The notes under the pieces were generated by a model, which did no database searches, had not been told where the DNA came from, and worked only from the letters and a program-made list of their open reading frames with translations. Positions 38,820 through 47,406 of a stretch of DNA of 64,000 nucleotides are shown here, one piece after another. The position numbers were made by a program, and so were the translations under genes. The stretch is from Bacteroidota bacterium (GTDB lineage Bacteria; Bacteroidota; Bacteroidia; NS11-12g; UBA955): NCBI GenBank assembly GCA_027488835.1, contig JAIYAW010000006.1, positions 556-64,555 on the forward strand. The letters are read 5' to 3'. The stretch's first letter is position 1, and each line of letters begins with the position of its first letter.

Positions 38820-40281
38820 CTGAAAATTTTGGTTGTGTAAATCGTGATATACACTCTAAAACGCGAATTGCCTTTTTGAGTTCTGGTGCAAAAATAAAGA
38901 GCGTAAAATGTTCTTGTGCATTCAATTCTAAAGCCCTCTCTAGTATGAGTATGGCCACATCTTGATTGCCTGATAAATAGCACAAAGCACCCATTCTGTA
39001 TAATAATGCTGGGTTTCTTGGGCTATTCTCTAAACCTTGTTCAGTAATGTCGAGTGCTTTATTGATTTCGCCATTTTCATGTAACGCAACGCCCCAATCC
39101 AACCAAACTTCGGGTTGAAATGGAAATTCAGTGCTTAATTGTTCAAAAAGCGCTTCCCATTTTGCGGTGTTATTTGTAGCAACATAACAAGTGGCAAGTA
39201 CCAAACCATAATCAACTTCAATTGAATCAAGTTCATATGCTTTTTCCAGATAGGGTATTGCGTTTGCGAAATTATTTTCTTGTTGCCAAGTTAAACCTAC
39301 GCTATACCAACTTTCTGCGTCAGTAGGGTCTCTATTTAATACATCTTTATATACCTCACGGGCTTTGACTGTCTGACTTGTTTCATGATAGCTCCAAGCC
39401 AAAAGTCCCTCTAATTCTTCAAAAATCTTTTTCGGGAAGCGTTCTATTTGCTCATTGTACAAAGAAATAAATGTTTCGTAGTTCGAGAGCTCATAATTGC
39501 ATTCCATCAAAGCAATCCAAGCATCGCTAAAATTCTCATTAATTGTAACGGCAAAGTCAAAGGCCCTAAGTGCTTCTTTGTGTTTTTCTTGAGCCAAATA
39601 TCCAGAGCCCAAAACATACCAAGCCTCAGAGGAATAAGGGTCTTGCTCAATTATTGCCTCAATGGTGGGTATAAGTTCAGCGATCAATCCATCATCTTCA
39701 GCGCGGGCTATATATTTTTCAATGATTGGACTAATTTCGGCACCTGCATTTAGCGCTTTTTCAACAATTGGAAGTGTTAAATCATATTGCTCATGATACA
39801 ATGCCATTTCTAAGAAATCTTCTAATTGTTCATCATCATTTCCCGCAATTTCTAATGCTGCAAGCAATGATTCTAAAGCCAATTTTCTAGCGCCTTCATG
39901 GCTATAGCAAATAGACTTCATCATCATTAAAGCTGGGTCAAAAGGTGTATATGCAGTAGCTTGCGCCAAAGATGCATGAGCCTGTTTGTATTTGTTTTCC
40001 CTCAAGAATATTTCAACCATGTGAAGGGTGAAAATTGGCATATAAGGAAACTGTTGAATACCTAGTTCTATAATTGTTTTTGAATAATTCTCGTTTCTAA
40101 ACTCTCCAGGAAGGGCAATTTGACTATTGTAAAAACGAAATAGTTCCATGAGTTCGCGTGCAGTAAAATTGTCGCGAGATTTATTTTCAAAATCGCTGAC
40201 AAGAGAATCTATATCTCCTTGAAAAGGGTCGAAGTTGTCTTCGTCCTCTTCATCATCCCAATCTGACGGAAAAAAACTCAT
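38812..40281 (-). CDS. Cytoplasmic tetratricopeptide-repeat protein
   Basis: 489 aa with an acidic N-terminus, no signal peptide and many TPR units (AWYVLGSGYLAQEKHKEALRAF etc.). Overlaps the comA-type gene start by 8 nt. Confidence 0.75.
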   Translation of the reverse strand: MSFFPSDWDDEEDEDNFDPFQGDIDSLVSDFENKSRDNFTARELMELFRFYNSQIALPGEFRNENYSKTIIELGIQQFPYMPIFTLHMVEIFLRENKYKQAHASLAQATAYTPFDPALMMMKSICYSHEGARKLALESLLAALEIAGNDDEQLEDFLEMALYHEQYDLTLPIVEKALNAGAEISPIIEKYIARAEDDGLIAELIPTIEAIIEQDPYSSEAWYVLGSGYLAQEKHKEALRAFDFAVTINENFSDAWIALMECNYELSNYETFISLYNEQIERFPKKIFEELEGLLAWSYHETSQTVKAREVYKDVLNRDPTDAESWYSVGLTWQQENNFANAIPYLEKAYELDSIEVDYGLVLATCYVATNNTAKWEALFEQLSTEFPFQPEVWLDWGVALHENGEINKALDITEQGLENSPRNPALLYRMGALCYLSGNQDVAILILERALELNAQEHFTLFIFAPELKKAIRVLECISRFTQPKFSDE

Positions 40282-40285
40282 TTCT

Positions 40286-40293
40286 CAAATATA
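40286..40293 (-). promoter_or_regulatory. -7 box TATATTTG for the TPR/comA-type operon, 4 nt before ATG 40281
   Basis: Exact TAnnTTTG on the minus strand, N4 spacing. Confidence 0.5.
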
Positions 40294-40369
40294 TTAATGT
40301 AGGTTCAAGTTTGCTAAATTTTTTTTAAAAAAGCATCTACATATTTTGTACAAAGGTAGTGAAGGAAAG

Positions 40370-40780
40370 TTAGGGTTTGGATTTTTCTTGACAAAGTTCG
40401 GTAAGAACTCCACCAGTGGTTTTGGGATGCAAGAAAGCAATTGTTTTATTGTCGGCACCGTCTTTCGGAACTTGATGAATTAGTTGAAAATTTTGGGTTT
40501 CCTTTTCAGCCAATTCATCAATTATATTATCTGACTCGAAAGCCAAATGATGAAGTCCTTCACCCTTTTTTTCTATAAATTTTGCAATGGTACTCTCTGG
40601 GCTAGTCGCTGCTAAAAGCTCAAATTTAATGTCCCCCAATAAAAAAAATGATGTCATTACCATTTCGCTTTCAACCAATTCTCTCTTGTAAGGTTCAACT
40701 CCCAAAAGCTTTGTGAATAATTTTTCTGAAGCGTCTAAATTGCTTACCGCAATTCCTATATGTTCAAGTTTTTTAGGCAT
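40370..40780 (-). CDS. Methylmalonyl-CoA epimerase (VOC/glyoxalase fold)
   Basis: 136 aa. HIGIAV, ELL, IAKFIEKKGEGLHHLAF and FLHPK are typical of the epimerase subfamily. Confidence 0.8.
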   Translation of the reverse strand: MPKKLEHIGIAVSNLDASEKLFTKLLGVEPYKRELVESEMVMTSFFLLGDIKFELLAATSPESTIAKFIEKKGEGLHHLAFESDNIIDELAEKETQNFQLIHQVPKDGADNKTIAFLHPKTTGGVLTELCQEKSKP

Positions 40781-40848
40781 TTTATAATTAATTCGTCAAA
40801 TCTTATTGCAAATTAACGAAAAGCTGAACTATTTTGGTATTTGAATGT

Positions 40849-40856
40849 TACTTTTG
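40849..40856 (+). promoter_or_regulatory. -7 box TACTTTTG upstream of iscS (44 nt to ATG 40901)
   Basis: Exact TAnnTTTG in the intergenic region. Confidence 0.4.
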
Positions 40857-40900
40857 CAGTTTAGAACCAATCTAAATTGTTAATAAAAAGCAAAACCACC

Positions 40901-42112
40901 ATGAAACTACCAATATATCTCGACAACAATTCAACTACTCAAGTAGATCCAAGAGTTTTTGAAGTAATGATTCCATTTTTTTTAAATGATTTTGGAAATG
41001 CAGCAAGTAAAAGTCACCCTTTTGGATGGAAAGCAGAAGAGGCAGTTGATTATGCCCGTGAGCAAATTGCTGCGCTAATTGGTGCAAATGAAAAGGAAAT
41101 TATTTTCACCAGTGGTGCAACGGAGAGCAATAACCTTGCAATCAAGGGGGTGTTTGAAATGTATGCAGCAAAGGGAAATCACTTTATAACAGTTACCACT
41201 GAACATAAAGCGGTTTTGGATGCGTGCAAGCATTTGGAAAAATTAGGTGCTGAAATTACTTATTTACCGGTTGGATCAGATGGTTTGTTGAAAGTTGAAC
41301 AAGTTGCTGAAGCAATTAAACCAAATACTGTTTTGGTTTCAGTGATGTATGGTAACAACGAGTTGGGTGTAATTCAACCTATTCGTGAAATTGGCAAATT
41401 GTGTAAAGAAAAAGGTGTGTTGTTTCATACGGATGCAACCCAAGCCGTTGGAAAAATTCCCGTTGATGTTTTGGCCGACCATATTGATTTGATGAGTTTC
41501 ACTGCTCATAAAATGTATGGACCTAAAGGAATAGGTGCTTTATATGTTCGTAGAAAAAATCCAAGAGTAAAAGTTACTGCTCAAATGGATGGCGGTGGTC
41601 ATGAAAGAGGAATGAGGTCGGGTACTTTAAATGTTCCAGGTATAGTAGGTTTAGGGAAAGCTTGTGAATTGGCGAGATTGGAAATGGATGCTGAAGCAAT
41701 ACGTTTGAGTGCGTTAAGAGATAAGTTAGAAAATGCCTTACTCAATCTAGAAGAAAGTTACGTAAATGGAAATGTGGAACATCGTTTGCCTCATACTGCT
41801 AATATTAGTTTTAAATATGTTGAGGGAGAAGGATTGATGATGGGAATTAAGGATATCGCAGTTTCATCTGGTTCGGCTTGTACCAGTGCATCTTTAGAAC
41901 CGAGTTACGTATTGAAAAATTTAGGTTTAGACGACGAGTTAGCCCACAGTAGTTTGCGTTTTGGTTTGGGTCGTTTTACAACTGAAGAAGAAGTTGATTA
42001 TACAATCAATTGTGTTACCGAAGCAGTGAACAAACTTCGAGATATGAGCCCATTATGGGAAATGTTTAAAGAAGGCATCGATTTGAAATCGATTGAGTGG
42101 ACAGAACATTAA
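40901..42112 (+). CDS. iscS: Cysteine desulfurase IscS/NifS type
   Basis: ATG 40901 ([13 protein letters not shown]) is preferred over the track's TTG 40877. PLP lysine in [11 protein letters not shown], active-site SSGSACTS. Confidence 0.93.
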   Translation: MKLPIYLDNNSTTQVDPRVFEVMIPFFLNDFGNAASKSHPFGWKAEEAVDYAREQIAALIGANEKEIIFTSGATESNNLAIKGVFEMYAAKGNHFITVTTEHKAVLDACKHLEKLGAEITYLPVGSDGLLKVEQVAEAIKPNTVLVSVMYGNNELGVIQPIREIGKLCKEKGVLFHTDATQAVGKIPVDVLADHIDLMSFTAHKMYGPKGIGALYVRRKNPRVKVTAQMDGGGHERGMRSGTLNVPGIVGLGKACELARLEMDAEAIRLSALRDKLENALLNLEESYVNGNVEHRLPHTANISFKYVEGEGLMMGIKDIAVSSGSACTSASLEPSYVLKNLGLDDELAHSSLRFGLGRFTTEEEVDYTINCVTEAVNKLRDMSPLWEMFKEGIDLKSIEWTEH

Positions 42113-42155
42113 TCCGATTTGGTCGAAATAATTTTTAGTTTAGAAACATTTTAAA

Positions 42156-42163
42156 TAACTTTG
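42156..42163 (+). promoter_or_regulatory. -7 box TAACTTTG upstream of iscU (20 nt to ATG)
   Basis: Exact TAnnTTTG in the iscS-iscU gap. Possible internal promoter. Confidence 0.35.
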
Positions 42164-42183
42164 TAATTAAGTAAAAAAGCAAT

Positions 42184-42600
42184 ATGGCATACTCAGATAA
42201 AGTAGTTGATCACTATACCAATCCAAGAAATATTGGAACATTAGATAAATCTAAAAATACCGTTGGCACAGGTTTGGTAGGTGCTCCAGAATGTGGCGAT
42301 GTGATGCGTTTGCAAATTGAAGTGAACGATGAAACAGGCGTTATACAAGATGCAAAATTCAAAACATTTGGATGCGGTTCAGCAATTGCTTCGTCGTCGT
42401 TGGCTACAGAATGGTTAAAAGGTAAAACAATTGACCAAGCGTTAGAAATTGACAACATGGATATTGTTGAAGAATTGGCGTTGCCACCCGTTAAAATACA
42501 TTGTTCAGTTTTGGCTGAAGATGCTATTCGTATGGCAATTAACGATTACAGAGCAAAACAAGGTTTAGAGCCTTTGATTTCTGAAAAAGTACACCATTAA
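42184..42600 (+). CDS. iscU: Fe-S cluster assembly scaffold IscU
   Basis: GAPECGDVM, FGCGSAIASSS and KIHCSVLAEDA supply the three ligand cysteines. 138 aa. Confidence 0.95.
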   Translation: MAYSDKVVDHYTNPRNIGTLDKSKNTVGTGLVGAPECGDVMRLQIEVNDETGVIQDAKFKTFGCGSAIASSSLATEWLKGKTIDQALEIDNMDIVEELALPPVKIHCSVLAEDAIRMAINDYRAKQGLEPLISEKVHH

Positions 42601-42611
42601 TAAGTTTTTCT

Positions 42612-42959
42612 ATGTTGGCTGATGCAGGTGCTATAACAATTACTGAAAAAGCTTTGGGAAAAGCTTATGATTTAATGAGGGATGCAAATATTACAGCTCC
42701 AGAATATTTTTTGCGTGTAGGCGTTAAAGGCGGTGGATGCTCTGGTTTAACCTATGAATTGGATTTTGATAATGAACCCAAAAAAGGGGACATGGAATTT
42801 GGTGATTCAAATTTTAAATTGGTTTGCGACATGAAAAGTTTCTTATACCTGTGCGGTACAGAACTTGATTTTTCGGATGGATTAAATGGCAAAGGATTTA
42901 ATTTTGTCAATCCAAATGCCTCAAGAACCTGTGGCTGCGGCGAGAGTTTTTCTATCTAA
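42612..42959 (+). CDS. iscA: A-type Fe-S carrier (IscA/HesB family)
   Basis: GGGCSG and a C-terminal CGCGESF motif. 115 aa. Confidence 0.9.
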   Translation: MLADAGAITITEKALGKAYDLMRDANITAPEYFLRVGVKGGGCSGLTYELDFDNEPKKGDMEFGDSNFKLVCDMKSFLYLCGTELDFSDGLNGKGFNFVNPNASRTCGCGESFSI

Positions 42960-42961
42960 TT

Positions 42962-43174
42962 TTGGAAATACTTACTATTCATACCCCATATATTCAATTG
43001 AATCAAGCCTTGAAACTTATAGGTTGGGTGGAATCGGGAAGTATGGCAAATGAAGTTATTGATTCCGAATTGGTTAAGGTTAATGGTGCAATTGAACTCC
43101 GCAAGAGGAATAAAGTTTATCCTGAATCTATTATTGAATTTGAGGGACAAAAAGCAAAAGTTCAAGCTGCTTAA
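42962..43174 (+). CDS. ybcJ: S4-like RNA-binding protein (YbcJ family)
   Basis: 70 aa, alignable end to end with E. coli YbcJ (LKLxGWxESG....I..G.VKVNGA.E.RKR.K). TTG start 2 nt after the iscA stop. Confidence 0.7.
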   Translation: MEILTIHTPYIQLNQALKLIGWVESGSMANEVIDSELVKVNGAIELRKRNKVYPESIIEFEGQKAKVQAA

Positions 43175-43253
43175 TTTCAATTTATGATTTATATCATGTG
43201 TGCATCTGATAGGTGTCATGGTAATAGCTGTATTTATGATTCAACTTTGAATT

Positions 43254-43643
43254 ATGAATACAGCATCTCAGAAATACATACACGAGCTCCACACTGAGCA
43301 TATTACTTATTTATCGACCCTAGCGTTTGCCAAAGATGAAATAAAAACATTTAACAATAGATTATCTGATATTGTTACTGCAAACACAAAGCAAGAAATT
43401 TTGGCTCAAGTTGAGCATTTTCAGAATCAGTTTATTCGCCATAATGAGGTGATTGATGAACTAAAACATGAAGTGCACGAATGCGAAGTAAGAATTGCCA
43501 AAATTGCAGAGACAAATAATGTTGCAACAGACCATAGAAAAGTGGATGATCATGCGGATTTGCGCGATCAAATGGAAACCTTCACACATATATTCTCTGA
43601 GTTGAAAAATGAATTTAAATTATTTTTAGAAAAAGCGTATTAA
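43254..43643 (+). CDS. Hypothetical helical protein
   Basis: 129 aa, His/Glu-rich predicted helices, no signal peptide. Followed by a strong terminator. Confidence 0.55.
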   Translation: MNTASQKYIHELHTEHITYLSTLAFAKDEIKTFNNRLSDIVTANTKQEILAQVEHFQNQFIRHNEVIDELKHEVHECEVRIAKIAETNNVATDHRKVDDHADLRDQMETFTHIFSELKNEFKLFLEKAY

Positions 43644-43662
43644 TCTTTTATAAAGTTTTGTT

Positions 43663-43698
43663 AACAGAAAAGGAGCGATATATCGCTCCTTTTCTGTT
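43663..43698. terminator. Bidirectional terminator between the hypothetical gene and leuS
   Basis: Perfect 36-nt palindrome AACAGAAAAGGAGCGATA|TATCGCTCCTTTTCTGTT. Confidence 0.85.
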
Positions 43699-43717
43699 AT
43701 TTATATAAATCTAAAAT

Positions 43718-46294
43718 TTAGATTACTACATTTACTATTCTGTTTTTAACTACAATTACTTTTTTAGGTTTTTCGCCATTTGTCCATTTTAACACAATTT
43801 CATTATTCAGAACTGCTGCTTCAATATCTTTCACATCTGCTTGAATATCAAATTCTAATTGTGTTCTTGTTTTTCCATTGATACTAATTGGATAGGTAAA
43901 ACTACTTTCTACCAAATATTCGCTATTCAACTTTGGCCATTCGGCAATGTGGATGCTGCTTTTTTCTCCCAGAGCTTCCCATAACTCTTCAGTGACATGC
44001 GGCGCAAATGGTGCTAACAAAATCAATAAAGGTTTTAGAATTTCCATTTTATTGCATTTTAAAGTGCCTAATTCATTCACACAGACCATAAATGCAGAAA
44101 CCGAAGTATTGAAACTCATAGATTCAATATCTTCTGATATTTTTTTTATGGTTTTATGAAGGATTTTTAGCTCTTCTGCTGAAGCGACATCATGTGATAC
44201 GTTAAATTGTTCGTTTTGGATGAATAAGCGCCAAAATTTGCCTAAAAATCGAGAAACACCTTCTATACCATGGGTGTTCCACGGTTTGCTATCCGTCAAT
44301 GGCCCAAGAAACATTTCATACAAACGAAGTGTATCTGCTCCATATTGTTGGCAAACATCATCGGGATTAACAACATTACCCCAACGTTTGCTCATTTTTT
44401 GACCATCTTCACCCATAATCATGCCCTGATTTACCAAACGTTTGAAAGGTTCATCCCAGCTGATATATCCCAAGTCATTTAAGAATTTCGTCCAAAATCT
44501 GCTGTATAACAAATGTCCAGTAGCGTGTTCACTTCCCCCAACATATAAATCAACTTGATTCCAGTATTCTAAGGCTTCTTTGCCAGCAAACGCTGTTGAA
44601 TTATTGGGATCCATATAACGTAAAAAATACCAACTACTTCCTGCCCATCCTGGCATCGTATCGGTTTCTCTTATACCTGATGGAGTGTTCACCCAATCAG
44701 TAACTGCAGCCAAAGGACTTTCGCCCGTACCAGTAGGTTTGTATGATTCAACTTTTGGCAATTCAACCGGTAATTCACTTAAAAGTTGAGGAATTTGATC
44801 GTTCCAAATGATTGGAAATGGTTCACCCCAATAACGTTGTCTACCGAAGCCTGCTTCACGAAGTTTATAGTTGATTTTTTTGCATCCAATTGCCAATTCT
44901 TCAACTTTTAAAATGGCTGTTTTAATTGCATCTTTTACAGTTAATCCGTCTAAGAAACCACTATTGAAACAAATTCCATCTTTTGCACTAAAAGCTTCCG
45001 ACATTGGAACTTCAATTGTTTCATTTTCGGGCTTGATTACTGGAATAATATCCAAACCAAAGGTTTGTGCAAATTCAAAGTCGCGTTCATCATGGGCAGG
45101 AACGGCCATAATAGCACCAGTTCCATAACCAGCCAAAACATAATCGCTTACCCAAACAGGAATAGATTTATTTGTGAAAGGGTTGATGGCATATGCACCT
45201 GTAAAAACACCGGTTTTTTTGGTGTCGGCCATTCGTTCAATTTCACTTCTATTTTTTGCCGTCGCCGCGTAGTTCAAAACCAATGGTTGTTGGCTTTCGC
45301 TGCAAATGCTATTGATTAATTCACTCTCAGGAGCAATTACCATAAATGTAGCTCCGAAAAGAGTATCTGGACGCGTAGTGAAAACTTTAATTTTAGCAGA
45401 TTGTCCCTCAATATTAAAATCAATTTCAGCACCTTCGCTTCTTCCAATCCAATTTTTCTGAATTTCTTTGATAGAATCTGACCATTGGATGGTTTCTAAC
45501 CCTTGGAGCAATTTATCGGCATAAGCAGTAATTCGCAAACTCCATTGTTTCATTTTTTTGCGAACAACTGGGTATCCACCTCTTTCACTGACTCCGTTTA
45601 CCACTTCCTCATTGGCCAAAACTGTACCCATCTCTTCGCACCAATTGACAGTAGTTTCGTCTATAAATGCCAAACGATATTGATTGAGTACGTCATTTTG
45701 TTGGTGGGAATTATAAGCATTCCATTCATTGGCAGTAAACGTGTGAATTTTACCTGCATGTGCATTTATACCAACATTACCATTTGCAGAAAATACAGAA
45801 ATTAAATCTTCTATTTTTTGCGCTTTTTGCAAATCTTTATTGAACCAGTGGGTGAAGAACAAGGAGAAAATCCATTGCGTCCATTTATAATAATTTGAAT
45901 CACAAGTTTTCACTTGTCTATCCCAATCAAAACAAAATCCCATTTTGTCGAGCTGTTCTCTAAATCTGATAATATTTTGTTCTGTAGTAACAGCGGGGTG
46001 TTGCCCCGTTTGAATGGCATATTGCTCAGCGGGTAATCCAAAAGCGTCATAGCCCATTGGATGAAGCACATTAAAACCATTTAACCTTTTGTAACGAGAA
46101 ACGATATCACTGGCAATATAACCCAAAGGGTGGCCAACATGTAAACCAGATCCGGAAGGATAAGGAAACATATCTAATGCGTAGAATTTTGGCTTTGAAG
46201 AATTTTCAATAACCTTGTACAATTGCGAATCTTTCCAATGTTTTTGCCATTTTGATTCGATTTCGTTGAAATTATATTGATGAGAAATAGACAT
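43718..46294 (-). CDS. leuS: Leucine--tRNA ligase
   Basis: HIGH motif (LHVGHPLGY), KMSKS motif (KMSKRWGN) and a CP1 editing domain. 858 aa. Confidence 0.97.
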   Translation of the reverse strand: MSISHQYNFNEIESKWQKHWKDSQLYKVIENSSKPKFYALDMFPYPSGSGLHVGHPLGYIASDIVSRYKRLNGFNVLHPMGYDAFGLPAEQYAIQTGQHPAVTTEQNIIRFREQLDKMGFCFDWDRQVKTCDSNYYKWTQWIFSLFFTHWFNKDLQKAQKIEDLISVFSANGNVGINAHAGKIHTFTANEWNAYNSHQQNDVLNQYRLAFIDETTVNWCEEMGTVLANEEVVNGVSERGGYPVVRKKMKQWSLRITAYADKLLQGLETIQWSDSIKEIQKNWIGRSEGAEIDFNIEGQSAKIKVFTTRPDTLFGATFMVIAPESELINSICSESQQPLVLNYAATAKNRSEIERMADTKKTGVFTGAYAINPFTNKSIPVWVSDYVLAGYGTGAIMAVPAHDERDFEFAQTFGLDIIPVIKPENETIEVPMSEAFSAKDGICFNSGFLDGLTVKDAIKTAILKVEELAIGCKKINYKLREAGFGRQRYWGEPFPIIWNDQIPQLLSELPVELPKVESYKPTGTGESPLAAVTDWVNTPSGIRETDTMPGWAGSSWYFLRYMDPNNSTAFAGKEALEYWNQVDLYVGGSEHATGHLLYSRFWTKFLNDLGYISWDEPFKRLVNQGMIMGEDGQKMSKRWGNVVNPDDVCQQYGADTLRLYEMFLGPLTDSKPWNTHGIEGVSRFLGKFWRLFIQNEQFNVSHDVASAEELKILHKTIKKISEDIESMSFNTSVSAFMVCVNELGTLKCNKMEILKPLLILLAPFAPHVTEELWEALGEKSSIHIAEWPKLNSEYLVESSFTYPISINGKTRTQLEFDIQADVKDIEAAVLNNEIVLKWTNGEKPKKVIVVKNRIVNVVI

Positions 46295-46310
46295 TCCGAG
46301 TGCAAAAATA

Positions 46311-46318
46311 CAAAGGTA
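46311..46318 (-). promoter_or_regulatory. -7 box TACCTTTG upstream of leuS (16 nt to ATG)
   Basis: Exact TAnnTTTG on the minus strand. Confidence 0.45.
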
Positions 46319-46346
46319 GCTGAATTTTAACGACCTTTGCAGTGAA

Positions 46347-47342
46347 ATGGCTGAAAGTAATTTTATTGATTACGTTAAAATATGTTGTCGTAGTGGCAAT
46401 GGTGGCGCGGGAAGTCGTCATTATAATCGTTCAAAAATAAATCCCCGCGGTGGTCCAGATGGCGGAGATGGTGGTAAGGGAGGTGATATTATTCTCATTG
46501 GAAATAAGCAAATGTGGACGTTGTTGCATTTGAAATTCAGGAAGCACGTTATGGCTGGAGATGGAATTGGGGGAAGTGAAAGTAATAGCACCGGTGCATC
46601 AGGTGAAAATATTATTTTGGATGTTCCATTGGGTACGGTAGCAAAAGATGCTGAAACCGGGGAGGTTTTATTTGAAATCACGGCAGACGGGGAGAAAAAA
46701 GTTTTGATTCCCGGAGGTAGAGGTGGTTTAGGAAATGCCCATTTTGCTACACCTACAAACCAAGCACCACAATATGCCCAACCTGGTGAACCTGGAGTTG
46801 AGCGTTGGATGGTTTTGGAATTAAAAGTATTGGCAGATGTTGGTTTGGTTGGTTTTCCAAATGCGGGAAAGAGTACTTTGTTAAGTGTGTTGTCTGCCGC
46901 AAAACCTGAAATTGCAGACTATGCTTTTACTACACTAACACCTAATTTGGGGGTAGTGAAATATCGTGACTTTCGAAGTTTTGTTATGGCCGATATTCCT
47001 GGAATTATTGAAGGAGCGCATTTGGGTAAGGGGTTAGGACATCGATTTTTAAAGCACATTGAACGAAATGCTGTTTTGTTACTATTAATACCTTCTGATA
47101 GCAAAAATCATAGAATGGAATACAATACACTCATCAATGAATTGGCTCAATTTAACGAAGAATTGGTGTTAAAAGATAAAATTGTAGCAATTAGTAAGTC
47201 AGAAATGCTTGATGATGAGTTAAAAGCTGAAATTGTGAAGGAAATGGGAGATGTTAAGGTTTTGTTCTTTAGTTCAATTACAGAACAAGGGTTAGATGTT
47301 CTCAAAGATGAATTATTTAAAGCCATTGAAGAGAATGTGTAA
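46347..47342 (+). CDS. obg: GTPase Obg/CgtA
   Basis: Gly-rich Obg fold (GGDGGKGGDII, GGRGGLGNAHF), G1 GFPNAGKST and G3 DIPGIIEGA. Confidence 0.95.
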   Translation: MAESNFIDYVKICCRSGNGGAGSRHYNRSKINPRGGPDGGDGGKGGDIILIGNKQMWTLLHLKFRKHVMAGDGIGGSESNSTGASGENIILDVPLGTVAKDAETGEVLFEITADGEKKVLIPGGRGGLGNAHFATPTNQAPQYAQPGEPGVERWMVLELKVLADVGLVGFPNAGKSTLLSVLSAAKPEIADYAFTTLTPNLGVVKYRDFRSFVMADIPGIIEGAHLGKGLGHRFLKHIERNAVLLLLIPSDSKNHRMEYNTLINELAQFNEELVLKDKIVAISKSEMLDDELKAEIVKEMGDVKVLFFSSITEQGLDVLKDELFKAIEENV

Positions 47343-47406
47343 CATTCAACAAGAATGCTTATTTTTGCTTGTTATTTAATTAAAAGATAAAAGATTTATT
47401 AGACTT

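Noticed and set aside
42956-43219. 87-aa minus-strand ORF overlapping the ybcJ-like gene.
   Set aside because: The plus-strand 70-aa ORF aligns end to end with YbcJ. The antisense ORF has no recognisable features and would run into the iscA 3' end.
521-45805. Antisense or overlapping ORFs of 100-164 aa in the track (e.g. 521-829, 2082-2462, 11539-11850, 12070-12564, 17343-17696, 18679-19071, 25666-25983, 38163-38477, 39448-39753, 45503-45805).
   Set aside because: Each lies wholly inside a longer ORF with clear family motifs on the other strand or in another frame. They have low-complexity or hydrophobic junk-like composition and no independent promoter or start context.
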